Positions 16,636 through 25,440 of a stretch of DNA of 32,000 bases are shown one piece after another. The number at the start of each line of letters is the position of its first letter. Position 1 is the stretch's first letter. This DNA comes from Cupriavidus necator (GTDB lineage: Bacteria > Pseudomonadota > Gammaproteobacteria > Burkholderiales > Burkholderiaceae), in NCBI RefSeq assembly GCF_016127575.1, contig NZ_CP066018.1, positions 3,990,001 through 4,022,000 of the forward strand, in the 5' to 3' direction. Under the pieces are notes generated by a model. It had not been told where the DNA came from and ran no database searches. It saw only the letters and a list, made by a program, of their open reading frames with translations. A program made the position numbers and the translations under genes.

Positions 16636-18405
16636 TCATGCCTTGGCTTTGACGTATCGCCCAGGCGCGGGTTCGATTGCGCGATAGCGCGCATTGCCAT
16701 AGTTGGCGGGCGCGGCGCGTTTCGCGCCGGCCTGCCCGGCCAGCCATGCGGTCCAGTCCGGCCACCAGCTGCCGTGATGCTCGATGGCGCCGGCCAGCCA
16801 TTGCTGCGGCGACTCCGGCAGCGCATCGTTAGTCCAGTGGCTGCGCTTGTTCTTGGCCGGCGGGTTGATCACACCGGCGATATGGCCCGACGCACCCAGC
16901 ACGAAGCGCAGCTTGTTCGCCAGCAGCGCGGTCGAGGCATAGGCCGCGGTCCACGGCACGATATGGTCTTCGCGCGAGCCGTAGATATAGGTCGGCACGT
17001 CGATGCTGGCCAGGTCCACCGGCACGCCGCACACGGTCAGCTTGCCCGGTACCTTGAGCTCGTTCTGCAGGTAGGTGTGGCGCAGGTACCAGCAGTACCA
17101 CGGCCCCGGCAGGTTGGTGGCGTCGCCGTTCCAGAACAGCAGGTCGAACGGCACCGGCGTGTTGCCCTTCAGGTAGTTGTCGACCACGTAGTTCCACACC
17201 AGGTCGTTCGGGCGCAAGAACGAGAAGGTATTGGCCAGCTCAAGGCCGCGCAGCAGCGCGCACGGCGCGCCGGCGCCGCCGCCCAGCGTGGCCTCGCGCA
17301 ACTGCACATGGCCCTCGTCGACAAAGACGTCGAGGATGCCCGTGTCGGCAAAGTCCAGCAGCGTGGTCAGCAGCGTGACGCTGGCGGCCGGGTGCTCGCC
17401 GCGCGCGGCCAGCACCGCCAGCGCGGTCGAGACAATGGTGCCGCCCACGCAGAAGCCGAGCACGTTGATCTTGTCCTGGCCGCTGATGTCGCGCGCGACT
17501 TCGATGGCGCGGATGGCCGCGTGCTCGATGTAGTCGTCCCAGGTGCTGCCGGCCATGCTGGCGTCCGGATTGCGCCACGACACCAGAAACACCGTATGTC
17601 CCTGCTCCACCACATGGCGCACCAGCGAGCTCTCCGGCTGCAGGTCCAGGATGTAGTACTTGTTGATGCACGGCGGCACCATCAGCAGCGGGCGCGCGTG
17701 CACCTTGTCGGTCAGCGGCTTGTACTGCAACAGCTGGAAGTACTCGTTCTCGAAGACCACGGCGCCTTCGGTCACCGCGACATTGCGGCCGACCTCAAAC
17801 GCGCTCTCGTCGGTCTGCGAGATCTTGCCGCGTGTCAGGTCTTCCATCATGTTGCGCACGCCGGCACGCAGCGATTCGCCGCCCGACTCGATCAGCAGGC
17901 GCTGCGCCTCGGGATTGGTGGCAAGGAAGTTGGCGGGCGACATCGCATCGACCCATTGCGAGATCGCGAAGCGGATGCGCTGGCGGGTCTTGGCATCGGC
18001 CTCGACGGCATCGGCCAGCTCGGTCAAGGCGCGCGCATTGAGCAGGTAGAACGCGGCAGCGAAGCGATATGGGAGGTTGGTGCGCCATGCGTCGCCGGCG
18101 AAGCGCCGGTCGTGCAGCGGACCGGTGGCCTCGGCCTTGCCCTCGGCCATGGCCTGCCACAGCGCTGAGAAGTCCTTCATGTAGCGCTGCTGGATATCAC
18201 CCAGCTGCGCCGGCGCGATCTTGACGCCTGCCAGCGCATCCAGGCCCGGAATGCCGGACGCGGCCGCGTGGCCGTTGCCTTCAGTGCCCTGCCACTGGCG
18301 GGACCATTCCAGCCATGTGGCTGGATCGAATGGCCCCGGCGTGACCTTGAATGGTTGGGACTTGCCTTCCTGCGTGGAAGCTGCCGCGCCTTTGCCGGTC
18401 GCCAT
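16636..18405 (-). CDS. phaC: Class I poly(3-hydroxyalkanoate) synthase PhaC
   Basis: 589 aa, MATGKGAAASTQEGKSQPFKVTPGPFDPATWLEW... with the lipase-box-like GFCVGG (catalytic Cys), ending ...GRYVKAKA. It matches C. necator H16 PhaC1 as I recall it. Confidence 0.97.
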   Translation of the reverse strand: MATGKGAAASTQEGKSQPFKVTPGPFDPATWLEWSRQWQGTEGNGHAAASGIPGLDALAGVKIAPAQLGDIQQRYMKDFSALWQAMAEGKAEATGPLHDRRFAGDAWRTNLPYRFAAAFYLLNARALTELADAVEADAKTRQRIRFAISQWVDAMSPANFLATNPEAQRLLIESGGESLRAGVRNMMEDLTRGKISQTDESAFEVGRNVAVTEGAVVFENEYFQLLQYKPLTDKVHARPLLMVPPCINKYYILDLQPESSLVRHVVEQGHTVFLVSWRNPDASMAGSTWDDYIEHAAIRAIEVARDISGQDKINVLGFCVGGTIVSTALAVLAARGEHPAASVTLLTTLLDFADTGILDVFVDEGHVQLREATLGGGAGAPCALLRGLELANTFSFLRPNDLVWNYVVDNYLKGNTPVPFDLLFWNGDATNLPGPWYCWYLRHTYLQNELKVPGKLTVCGVPVDLASIDVPTYIYGSREDHIVPWTAAYASTALLANKLRFVLGASGHIAGVINPPAKNKRSHWTNDALPESPQQWLAGAIEHHGSWWPDWTAWLAGQAGAKRAAPANYGNARYRAIEPAPGRYVKAKA

Positions 18406-18717
18406 GATTTGATTGTCTCTCTGCCGTCACTATTCGAACCGGCTCCGGGCATTGCCCTGGCCGGCACTTTGCATGGGGAGATGCTATCCGAATGGACCCG
18501 GCTTGCGCCTCCCCCAAAGCGGGAGGGTCTGCCGGCACATCTGCCCTGGAACTGGCTGGAAGCCCTCGACCGCACCTGCTGCGGCCGTGGCTTGCGTCCA
18601 TTCCGATAGCGGCTCCCCTTTTATCCGGCAAGCGCGACATTCTCGCATGGAGACGCCATGCGCTATGCTTGCCGGAGAAACCTGGGAATCGTCAGCGATT
18701 CCGAGACATTTGAGTCC

Positions 18718-18747
18718 ATTGTTGCCTTGCAACGCACGCGCTGTCAA
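18718..18747 (-). promoter_or_regulatory. phaCAB promoter (-35 TTGACA 18747-18742; 18-nt spacer; -10 AACAAT 18723-18718)
   Basis: The hexamers are read directly on the minus strand. They agree with the published phbC promoter hexamers. The predicted TSS near 18711 gives a leader of about 306 nt, consistent with the reported start about 307 bp upstream of phaC (from memory). Confidence 0.75.
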
Positions 18748-18852
18748 TGCGGGAATCCGCCTCGGCACTGCACGCTTCCCGACCTACCGGACGGTATGCA
18801 GCGCTCGCATCTGCCGAGGCCCCAGAGCATAGGCGAGAAGGATGAATTTTTG

Positions 18853-19056
18853 ATGTACATCGTGGCCATTGGCTGGCTCTACGTGGCGCTGATGATGGCG
18901 ATCACCGAGCACAACGTGGTGGCAGGCGTTGCCACCTTCCTGATGTATGGCATGGCGCCGGTGGCGCTGGTGCTCTACATCATGGGCACGCCCGGCCGCC
19001 GCCGACGCAAGGCTGAAGCCGAGCGCGCGCAGGCGGCCAGGGGCAAGGACGAGTGA
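18853..19056 (+). CDS. Small two-TM membrane protein with a basic C-terminal tail, unknown function
   Basis: 67 aa from ATG 18853 (MYIVAIGWLYVALMMAITEHNVVAGVATFLMYGMAPVALVLYIMGTPGRRRRKAEAERAQAARGKDE). GAAGGA lies about 11 nt upstream. The upstream part of the track ORF (18658-) has non-coding character. Confidence 0.6.
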   Translation: MYIVAIGWLYVALMMAITEHNVVAGVATFLMYGMAPVALVLYIMGTPGRRRRKAEAERAQAARGKDE

Positions 19057-19069
19057 GGCAGCGGCGGGC

Positions 19070-19873
19070 TCAGTCCGCCAGCCAGACCAGGCTGGCCATG
19101 CGGCCGGTCACGCCATCGCGCCGATAGGAGTAGAAGCGACCGGCGTCGGCCACGGTGCAGGCGTCGCCGCCGTAGACCTCGGTACAGCCGGCGCGCGCCA
19201 GGCGCGTGCGCGCCAGCGCATAGATGTCGGCAAGGTACTTGCCCGGGGCACCAGGGCGGAAGGCTGCGGCAACCGCGACCTGTTCATCGGCGCGTGCCTG
19301 GGCCAGGAAGGCATCGCGCACTTCGGCACCCACCTCGAACGCATCGGGGCCGATGGCCGGGCCCAGCCATGCCAGCCAGCGCGCGGCACCGGCAGCGGCC
19401 TGCATCCGTGACAGCGTGGCTTCGATCACGCCGCTGCACAGGCCGCGCCAGCCCGCATGCGCGGCGCCCACCACCGTCCCCTGCGCATCGCATAGCAGCA
19501 CCGGCAGGCAATCCGCCGTCATCACGGCGCAGACTTGGCCGGGTACCACCGCCAGGCTCGCGTCGGCCTGGGGCACGGGCGCGCCCGGGGCCGCCACATG
19601 GTCGACCGTGGCGACCGCGCAGCCATGCACCTGCTCCAGCCATTGCGGCATCGACGGCAGGCAGGCGGCCAGCCGCGCGCGGTTGCGCGCCACGTCGGCG
19701 GCGTCGTCGCCAACGTGGGTGCCCAGGTTCAGGCCGCCGGGGGCGCCGCCGGCAAGCCCGTACGGGCCCTTGCTGACACCGCCCTGGCGCGTGGTTGACA
19801 ACGCGCGCACACGCGCCGGCGCGGGCCAGTCAGGGACCAGCCAGGCGCGATCAGGCGCTGCGCTCATCGTCAT
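19070..19873 (-). CDS. pgeF: Peptidoglycan editing factor PgeF (YfiH / DUF152 laccase-domain family)
   Basis: Family motifs are present: [25 protein letters not shown]....[20 protein letters not shown] and SYRRDG.TGR. The start is set at ATG 19873 (GAGGA 5 nt upstream). Alternatives are 19867 and 19888. It overlaps the rluD 3' end by about 23 nt. Confidence 0.85.
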   Translation of the reverse strand: MTMSAAPDRAWLVPDWPAPARVRALSTTRQGGVSKGPYGLAGGAPGGLNLGTHVGDDAADVARNRARLAACLPSMPQWLEQVHGCAVATVDHVAAPGAPVPQADASLAVVPGQVCAVMTADCLPVLLCDAQGTVVGAAHAGWRGLCSGVIEATLSRMQAAAGAARWLAWLGPAIGPDAFEVGAEVRDAFLAQARADEQVAVAAAFRPGAPGKYLADIYALARTRLARAGCTEVYGGDACTVADAGRFYSYRRDGVTGRMASLVWLAD

Positions 19874-21107
19874 CGTCGTCCTCGTCATCACCAGCGTATT
19901 CCCAGTGGGCCTCGCCGCCTTCCCAGACTTCGTCCCAGCCTTCTTCATCCTCGTCGGCCTGCGCGCTTTCAAAATCCAGCGCATCGATCAGCGCCTGCAG
20001 GTCTTGCGGCGGCTGCGCGGTCCACGACATGCGCTTGCCGGTGGCCGGATGCACCAGGCCGAGCTGGTACGCATGCAGCGCCTGGCGCTCATACGGCACC
20101 GGCAGCGGTGCGCGGACCGCCGGGCGCTGCCCGCGCTGCGTGGCGCGGAAGTAGGCCGGGTCGCCCACCAGCGGGTGGCCGATCGACTCGAAATGCACGC
20201 GGATCTGGTGCGTGCGGCCGGTCTCCAGCTTGCACATCACCATCGACACGAAGCCCCGCCCCAGCGGCACCGTGGCCAGCGTGCGGAAATGCGTGCGCGA
20301 CGGCTTGCCGCTGGCGGTATGCACGACCGCCATGCGCGTGCGCTCGCGCGGGTCGCGGCCGATGGGCGCGTCGATGGTGCCCTCGTCATAGGTGCGGCCC
20401 CACACCAGCGCGATATAGGTGCGCTTGACCGTGCGCGCCTGCAGCTGGCGCACCAGGTCGGTCTGCGCGGTCAGCGAGCGCGCCACCACCATCAGGCCGG
20501 AGGTTTCCTTGTCGAGCCGGTGCACGATGCCCGCGCGCGGCAGCAACGCTGCGCCGGGGTCGCGGTGCAGCAACCCGTTGAGCACGGTGCCGCTCCAGTT
20601 ACCGGCAGCCGGATGCACCACCAGCCCGGCGGGCTTGTTGATCACCAGCAGGGTGTCGTCTTCATAGACCACGTCCAGCGGCACGTCCTCGGGCGAGAAA
20701 GCGGACGATTCCGGTGCGGCCTGCGGCTGGATTTCGATGCGGTTGCCCATCTGCACGGCGTCGCGCGGACGGCGCACGTGGCCGTCGACACGCACCGCGC
20801 CGCTTTCGATCCACTGCTGCAGGCGGCTGCGTGAAAACTCGCTGAAGTGACGCGCGAGCAATTTATCGAGCCGCTCGCCATGCGAGGCGCTGTCCACCTC
20901 CAGCGACAGGGTCACGGCCGGCTCGGCAGCCGCCGCGCCGCCGGGCGGCACCTCGGCAAGGTCTTCAAATTCCTCTGGATGGGCCTCGAAATCGGCCACG
21001 GACGCGGCTGCGCGCACCCGTTCTGGTGGAAGTCCTCCCACGCCAGCTCCTGCTTCGGGGTTGGGCTGGGGGCTTGGGCTATAATGCTTGACGCTATTTT
21101 TCTTCAT
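19851..21107 (-). CDS. rluD: 23S rRNA pseudouridine synthase RluD, with N-terminal extension and acidic C-terminal tail
   Basis: S4 domain ([30 protein letters not shown]) plus the RluA-family core ([47 protein letters not shown]). ATG 21107 (MKKNSVKHY...) is chosen over the track start at 21167. Confidence 0.88.
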   Translation of the reverse strand: MKKNSVKHYSPSPQPNPEAGAGVGGLPPERVRAAASVADFEAHPEEFEDLAEVPPGGAAAAEPAVTLSLEVDSASHGERLDKLLARHFSEFSRSRLQQWIESGAVRVDGHVRRPRDAVQMGNRIEIQPQAAPESSAFSPEDVPLDVVYEDDTLLVINKPAGLVVHPAAGNWSGTVLNGLLHRDPGAALLPRAGIVHRLDKETSGLMVVARSLTAQTDLVRQLQARTVKRTYIALVWGRTYDEGTIDAPIGRDPRERTRMAVVHTASGKPSRTHFRTLATVPLGRGFVSMVMCKLETGRTHQIRVHFESIGHPLVGDPAYFRATQRGQRPAVRAPLPVPYERQALHAYQLGLVHPATGKRMSWTAQPPQDLQALIDALDFESAQADEDEEGWDEVWEGGEAHWEYAGDDEDDDDDERSA

Positions 21108-21124
21108 CCGGGATACGATTGCCC

Positions 21125-21955
21125 ATGCAATTGCAGAGCATGAAACGCGCGCGCTGGCGCACGACAATTGGAGCGGTTCTGCTCGCAGGCGGCTGCGTCA
21201 TGCTGTCTGCATGCGGCCTGCTGGCGGACCAACCCGACGAGACCGCAGGCTGGTCGGCCAACAAATTATATTCGGAAGCCAAGGATGCGCTGGATGGCGG
21301 CGACTACACGCGTGCCGTCAAGCTGTATGAAAAGCTCGAAGGCCGCTATCCGTTTGGGCGCTATGCACAGCAGGCCCAGATCGATACCGCCTACGCAAAC
21401 TACAAGGATGGTGAAACGGCAGCAGCCCTGGCCGCGGTGGACCGCTTCATCCAGCTGCACCCGAACCATCCCAATATCGATTACGCCTACTACCTCAAGG
21501 GCCTGATCAACTTCAACGACAACCTGGGCTGGCTGGGCCGCTTCTCGGGCCAGGACCTGAGCGAGCGCGACCCCAAGGCCGCGCGCGCCGCCTATGACGC
21601 GTTCAATACGCTGATCACGCGCTACCCGGAAAGCAAGTACACCCCCGACGCCACGCTGCGCATGCAGTACATCGTCAACTCGCTGGCCCAGCACGAAGTG
21701 CACGCCGCGCGCTACTACTACCGGCGCGGCGCATACCTCGCCGCCGTCAACCGCGCCCAGCAGGCGCTGAAGGACTATGACGGCGCTCCGGCCAACGAAG
21801 AAGCGCTGTACATCATGGTCCGTTCATATGACGCGATGGGAATGAAGGACCTGCGCGACGACACCGCACGCGTGATGGAGCGCAATTTCCCGGACAGCGA
21901 TTTCATCAAGTACGGCGCGCGCCGCAAGGACAAGTCCTGGTGGGAAGTGTTCTGA
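21125..21955 (+). CDS. bamD: Outer membrane protein assembly factor BamD (YfiO/ComL lipoprotein)
   Basis: Lipoprotein signal [25 protein letters not shown] with lipobox LSAC. The TPR body is collinear with E. coli BamD ([29 protein letters not shown]...R.A...F..L...YP.S.Y..DA). The start may be ATG 21125 or 21140. Confidence 0.88.
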   Translation: MQLQSMKRARWRTTIGAVLLAGGCVMLSACGLLADQPDETAGWSANKLYSEAKDALDGGDYTRAVKLYEKLEGRYPFGRYAQQAQIDTAYANYKDGETAAALAAVDRFIQLHPNHPNIDYAYYLKGLINFNDNLGWLGRFSGQDLSERDPKAARAAYDAFNTLITRYPESKYTPDATLRMQYIVNSLAQHEVHAARYYYRRGAYLAAVNRAQQALKDYDGAPANEEALYIMVRSYDAMGMKDLRDDTARVMERNFPDSDFIKYGARRKDKSWWEVF

Positions 21956-21976
21956 CGCCGGCTGGCCAGAGGCCAT

Positions 21977-22020
21977 AAAAAAACGGGACGTATCCTCCGA
22001 TACGTCCCGTTTTTCTTTTT
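21977..22020. terminator. Bidirectional rho-independent terminator between convergent bamD and the helicase gene
   Basis: AAAAAAA-CGGGACGTATC-ctcc-GATACGTCCCG-TTTTTCTTTTT. The perfect 12-bp stem is flanked by an A-run and a T-run, so it reads as hairpin plus U-tract on both strands. Confidence 0.85.
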
Positions 22021-22035
22021 CCGGCACCTGTGCGA

Positions 22036-24171
22036 TCAGTCCGCTGCCGCGGCCTCCTTGCCAGGACCGCGCAGCGACTCCAGGAACCGCACCACCGTCG
22101 CCGCCTCACGCGTGCGCGTGAACGGCGGCAGGCTTTGCCAGATCTGACGGCCATAGGGCTTCTCGACCAGCCGCGTATCGAAGATCGCCAGCACGCCGCG
22201 GTCCGATTCCGAGCGGATCAGCCGCCCTGCCCCCTGCTTGAGCGTGATCACCGCATGCGGCAGCTGGTGCACGGCAAACGGGCTCAGGCCCTTCTTCTGC
22301 AGCACTTCCATGCGCGCGGCCAGCACCGGGTCGTCGGGCGGCGCGAACGGCAGCTTGTCGATGATCACCAGCGACAGCGCCTCGCCGCGCACATCCACGC
22401 CCTCCCAGAAGCTCTGGCTTCCGACCAGCACCGCGTTGCCCAGCTCGCGGAAGCGGTCCAGCAATTCGGTGCGGCTGGCCTGGCCCTGCACCAGCAGCGG
22501 CAGGTTCAGGCCGCGCTCGGCAAACGCGTCATAAAGCAGGTCCGAGGCACGCTGCACGGCGCGCAGCGTGGTGCACAGCAGGAAGGTGCGTCCGCCGGCG
22601 GCCTCGATCAGCGGCAATGCCGCCTGCACCACCGCGTCGGTGAACTGCGGCGACTGCGGCTGCGGCATATCGCGCGGCACGTAGAGCAGCCCCTGCTTCG
22701 CGTAATCGAACGGGCTGGGCAGCGTCAGCGAGCGGTCCTTGTCGAGCCCCAGCTGCGCCGCGTAGTGGGTGAAATTCCCCTTCACCGACAGCGTCGCCGA
22801 GGTGAAAACCCAGGCGCGCGGCTGGCCGTCGCGCTGGCGCGTGAAGATCGGCGCGATCGACAGCGGCGTGCGGTGCAACTGCACAGTATGCGAGAACACC
22901 TCGACCCAGCGCACGGTTTCAGGGCCGGCAGGCAGCGCCGGCGCGGCTTCGCCGTCGCCCTCGGTCGGCTGCGGTGCCGGCGCGGGCGCGGCATCGGCGC
23001 GCCACGCGGCCAGCTTGTTGGCCAGCTCCAGCGCGCGGCGGTGGCATTGCTGCAGCGATTCGGCACGCTCGGCCTGGCTTTCGAGCATCTCGACGAAGTC
23101 TGACAGGGCTTCGTCCAGCGCATCGAGCGTTTCGTTGAAAGGCTCGGCGATACGGCGGTCGGCCTCGATCTGGCCCAGCGCCAGCCGCGCATTGTCCTTG
23201 CTGAAGGCCAGGCGCAGGTCGCGCGCGGCGCGCTCCAGCGGCGCGGCCAGCGCAACCCAGTCCACCGCATCGCGCGCGTGCGACAGGCCTTCGGCCACGG
23301 TATCGCGGGCGATTTCCAGCAGCTGGCTGGTGGACAGCGTCTCGCCGAAGAACAGCGTGGCGGTCTCGGGCAGCTGGTGGGCTTCGTCGAAGATCACGGT
23401 GTTGGCGGCCGGCAGCAGTTCCGCCATGCCGGTGTCGCGCAGCACCACGTCGGCAAAGAACAGGTGATGGTTGACCACCACCACGTCGGCCTGCTGCGCT
23501 TCCTTGCGCGCGCGCATCACAAAGCATTCCTTGTAATGCGGGCATTCCGATCCCAGGCAGTTGTCGCGCGTGGAGGTCACCATCTGCCATACCGGCGCGT
23601 TCTCGGGAACGGACGCCAGCTCGGCCTTGTCGCCGGTGGAGGTTTCCTTGATGAAGCGGCCGATGTCGCGCAGCCACGCCGCATCCTGGCGCGACGCCAG
23701 GCGGCCGTTGGCCTGAGCGCGTTCCAGGTGGTAGTGGCAGACGTAGTTGGCGCGGCCCTTGAGCAGCGCCACCGAGACCGGCACGTTCAGCGCATGGCGC
23801 ACCGTGGGGATGTCGCGCAGGAAGAGCTGGTCCTGCAGGTTCTTGGTGCCGGTCGACAGGATCACCTTGCCGCCCCACAGCATCGCCGGCACCAGGTAGG
23901 CGTAGGTCTTGCCGGTGCCGGTGCCCGCTTCGACGATGACGGAATCGTTCTGCACGATCGCGTCGGCGACGGCCTCGGCCATCTTGTGCTGCGAGGCGCG
24001 CGGCCGGTAGCCGGGAATCGCCTGGGCCAGCGTGCCGGTATCGGCAAAGATGGTGGCCAGTTCCGCGCCGCGGCTGGCGCCGTCGTCGGCGGGCGCGGCA
24101 GGCGCGGGCGACCCGGCGTCGGTCAGGCTGACGGCTTCGGACGGCTCAGGAGAATCTGGAAGATCGGACAA
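22036..24171 (-). CDS. yoaA: ATP-dependent DNA helicase, DinG/XPD family, YoaA-like (Fe-S helicase)
   Basis: Collinear with E. coli YoaA as I recall it: LAQAIPGYRPR..Q..MA.AV, Walker A EAGTGTGKTYAYL, DEAH box IFDEAHQL, and the 4-Cys cluster (NYVCH...DNCLGSECPHYKECF). The C-terminus reads VIIDKLPF..PDDP...AR and LKQG.GRLIR...D.GV. The only start in the ORF is TTG 24171, without an SD, so the start is uncertain. Confidence 0.88.
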   Translation of the reverse strand: MSDLPDSPEPSEAVSLTDAGSPAPAAPADDGASRGAELATIFADTGTLAQAIPGYRPRASQHKMAEAVADAIVQNDSVIVEAGTGTGKTYAYLVPAMLWGGKVILSTGTKNLQDQLFLRDIPTVRHALNVPVSVALLKGRANYVCHYHLERAQANGRLASRQDAAWLRDIGRFIKETSTGDKAELASVPENAPVWQMVTSTRDNCLGSECPHYKECFVMRARKEAQQADVVVVNHHLFFADVVLRDTGMAELLPAANTVIFDEAHQLPETATLFFGETLSTSQLLEIARDTVAEGLSHARDAVDWVALAAPLERAARDLRLAFSKDNARLALGQIEADRRIAEPFNETLDALDEALSDFVEMLESQAERAESLQQCHRRALELANKLAAWRADAAPAPAPQPTEGDGEAAPALPAGPETVRWVEVFSHTVQLHRTPLSIAPIFTRQRDGQPRAWVFTSATLSVKGNFTHYAAQLGLDKDRSLTLPSPFDYAKQGLLYVPRDMPQPQSPQFTDAVVQAALPLIEAAGGRTFLLCTTLRAVQRASDLLYDAFAERGLNLPLLVQGQASRTELLDRFRELGNAVLVGSQSFWEGVDVRGEALSLVIIDKLPFAPPDDPVLAARMEVLQKKGLSPFAVHQLPHAVITLKQGAGRLIRSESDRGVLAIFDTRLVEKPYGRQIWQSLPPFTRTREAATVVRFLESLRGPGKEAAAAD

Positions 24172-24241
24172 GGCAGGGGGAGATGTTGTATGGGCCGCCG
24201 GACAGCGCCGGCGGCGATCGGCAAGCCTGGCGCGAATGCGC

Positions 24242-24445
24242 TCAGGCCGGCACGTCGGGTTCGAGCTGCAGCTGCAGCAGCGTGATGGCGTCCTTCAGCT
24301 TGAGGCGGCGCTTCTTCAGCCGGCGCAGCTGCAGTTCGTCATGGACGGCATCGTTGGCAAGGCGGTCGATCAGGAAATCCAGGTCGCGGTGCTCGATCTG
24401 CAACTCCATGATGCGCCGCTCCAGGGTATTCAGGTTGCTGTCCAT
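24242..24445 (-). CDS. DUF465 (YdcH-like) small coiled-coil protein
   Basis: 67 aa, MDSNLNTLERRIMELQIEHRDLDFLIDRLANDAVHDELQLRRLKKRRLKLKDAI. The L.HRDLD..I......D...L.RLKK.KL.LKD pattern is the DUF465 signature as I recall it. Confidence 0.75.
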   Translation of the reverse strand: MDSNLNTLERRIMELQIEHRDLDFLIDRLANDAVHDELQLRRLKKRRLKLKDAITLLQLQLEPDVPA

Positions 24446-24479
24446 CTATGCCTCCGCTGCGCAGTCACGGTGCCGGACC

Positions 24480-25271
24480 TCAAAAGCCGAACGGGCGCGG
24501 CGCCGATGCCTGCCCCTGTTGCTCCTTCGCCTTGGCGCGGCGCTCTTCCAGCTCCTTCTGGCGCCGTTCGAGGTCGCGCTGCTTGGCCTCGTATGCCTTG
24601 ACATTCTCCTGCCGCTGGCGGGCCTGCTCGGCGCCCTTCTGCTGGGCCTCCTGCATGCGGGCATCGAAGTCAGACTGCTTCTTTTCGTACGCCTGCGCAT
24701 TGGCGGCACGCTGCGGCGCCTCGCCCTGGCGCTGCGCCTCGCGCAGCTGCTGTTCCTGCTGCTTCTTCTGGAAGGCCTCGCGGCTGGACTGCTCGCTGGC
24801 CGAGCGCTTCGGCTGGCTGGCCTCGAACTCGGCGCGGCGCAGCGCCTGTTCGCGGTCGCGCTCGGCGGCGCGGTAGGCGCGTTCGGCCTCGCCTACCTCC
24901 AGTTCGCGCTTGCGCAGCACCTGCAGCTCCTCGCGCTGGACTTCCTTGGCGCTGTTGATGCAGTGGTTGACAAAGAACTTGCCGTAGCACTCGCGCTCGG
25001 CGGCCGCAAAGCGGTAGTTGGTCCAGGCGCGCGAATCCTCGACGGCCTTGCGTTCGGCGGCAAAGTCGCGCTGGCCGTTGGCGGCGGGTGGCGCCGCGGG
25101 CGCGGAAGTCTGGGCGCGCGCCTCGCGCAGCGGCATCAGCACGGCGCATGCAGCCACGGCCAGTGCAGCCAGGCGGCCGAAGCGGAACAGGGAAGTTTCA
25201 GGCACGTTGGCGAAGGTTGGCATGGCCAGGATGGTGGCCTTGGCGGCGGCCGGGCGGGACTTGACGGTCAT
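24480..25271 (-). CDS. Exported, highly charged (E/R/Q/K/A-rich) predicted coiled-coil protein, unknown function
   Basis: 263-aa ORF. The N-terminal hydrophobic segment FRFGRLAALAVAACAVLMPLREARAQ resembles a signal peptide. A CxxxxxxxxC pair (ECYGKFFVNHC) follows. About 150 aa of charged low-complexity sequence come next, with the repeated AYE(K/A)KQ motif. The start could be ATG 25271 or 25223. The strong mirror ORFs on the + strand are artefacts of the repetitive composition. Confidence 0.6.
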   Translation of the reverse strand: MTVKSRPAAAKATILAMPTFANVPETSLFRFGRLAALAVAACAVLMPLREARAQTSAPAAPPAANGQRDFAAERKAVEDSRAWTNYRFAAAERECYGKFFVNHCINSAKEVQREELQVLRKRELEVGEAERAYRAAERDREQALRRAEFEASQPKRSASEQSSREAFQKKQQEQQLREAQRQGEAPQRAANAQAYEKKQSDFDARMQEAQQKGAEQARQRQENVKAYEAKQRDLERRQKELEERRAKAKEQQGQASAPRPFGF

Positions 25272-25440
25272 GACCGGATTCTAGCATCCGGGCCGGGCAC
25301 CGGCCTGCCCTGCCGGGCCGTTGCGGACGTGCGCGGGACGCCGCCCGCCCCGCACCCGCTGCGCGCCCTGGCGAATCCCTTGCGCGCTTGTGGCAAAATG
25401 CCCCGCTTTCGACTGACTGCGTTTCTCGCCGCGCTCTCCG

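Noticed and set aside
16627-18168. 513-aa + strand ORF antisense to phaC. Similar shadow ORFs: 1732-3213, 3210-4592, 7044-8207, 9012-10187, 10219-11559, 15460-16611, 19224-20834, 22030-23103, 23278-24285 and 24183-25496
   Set aside because: All overlap genes whose products I can identify confidently, and all have the R/A/G/H/D-rich shadow-frame composition. None has an independent SD or start context.
18281-18640. 119-aa and 94-aa minus-strand ORFs inside the phaC leader (18281-18640 and 18484-18768)
   Set aside because: One begins upstream of the mapped promoter, and the other overlaps the phaC start out of frame. The translations are Arg/Gly/Pro-rich without features, and neither has an SD.
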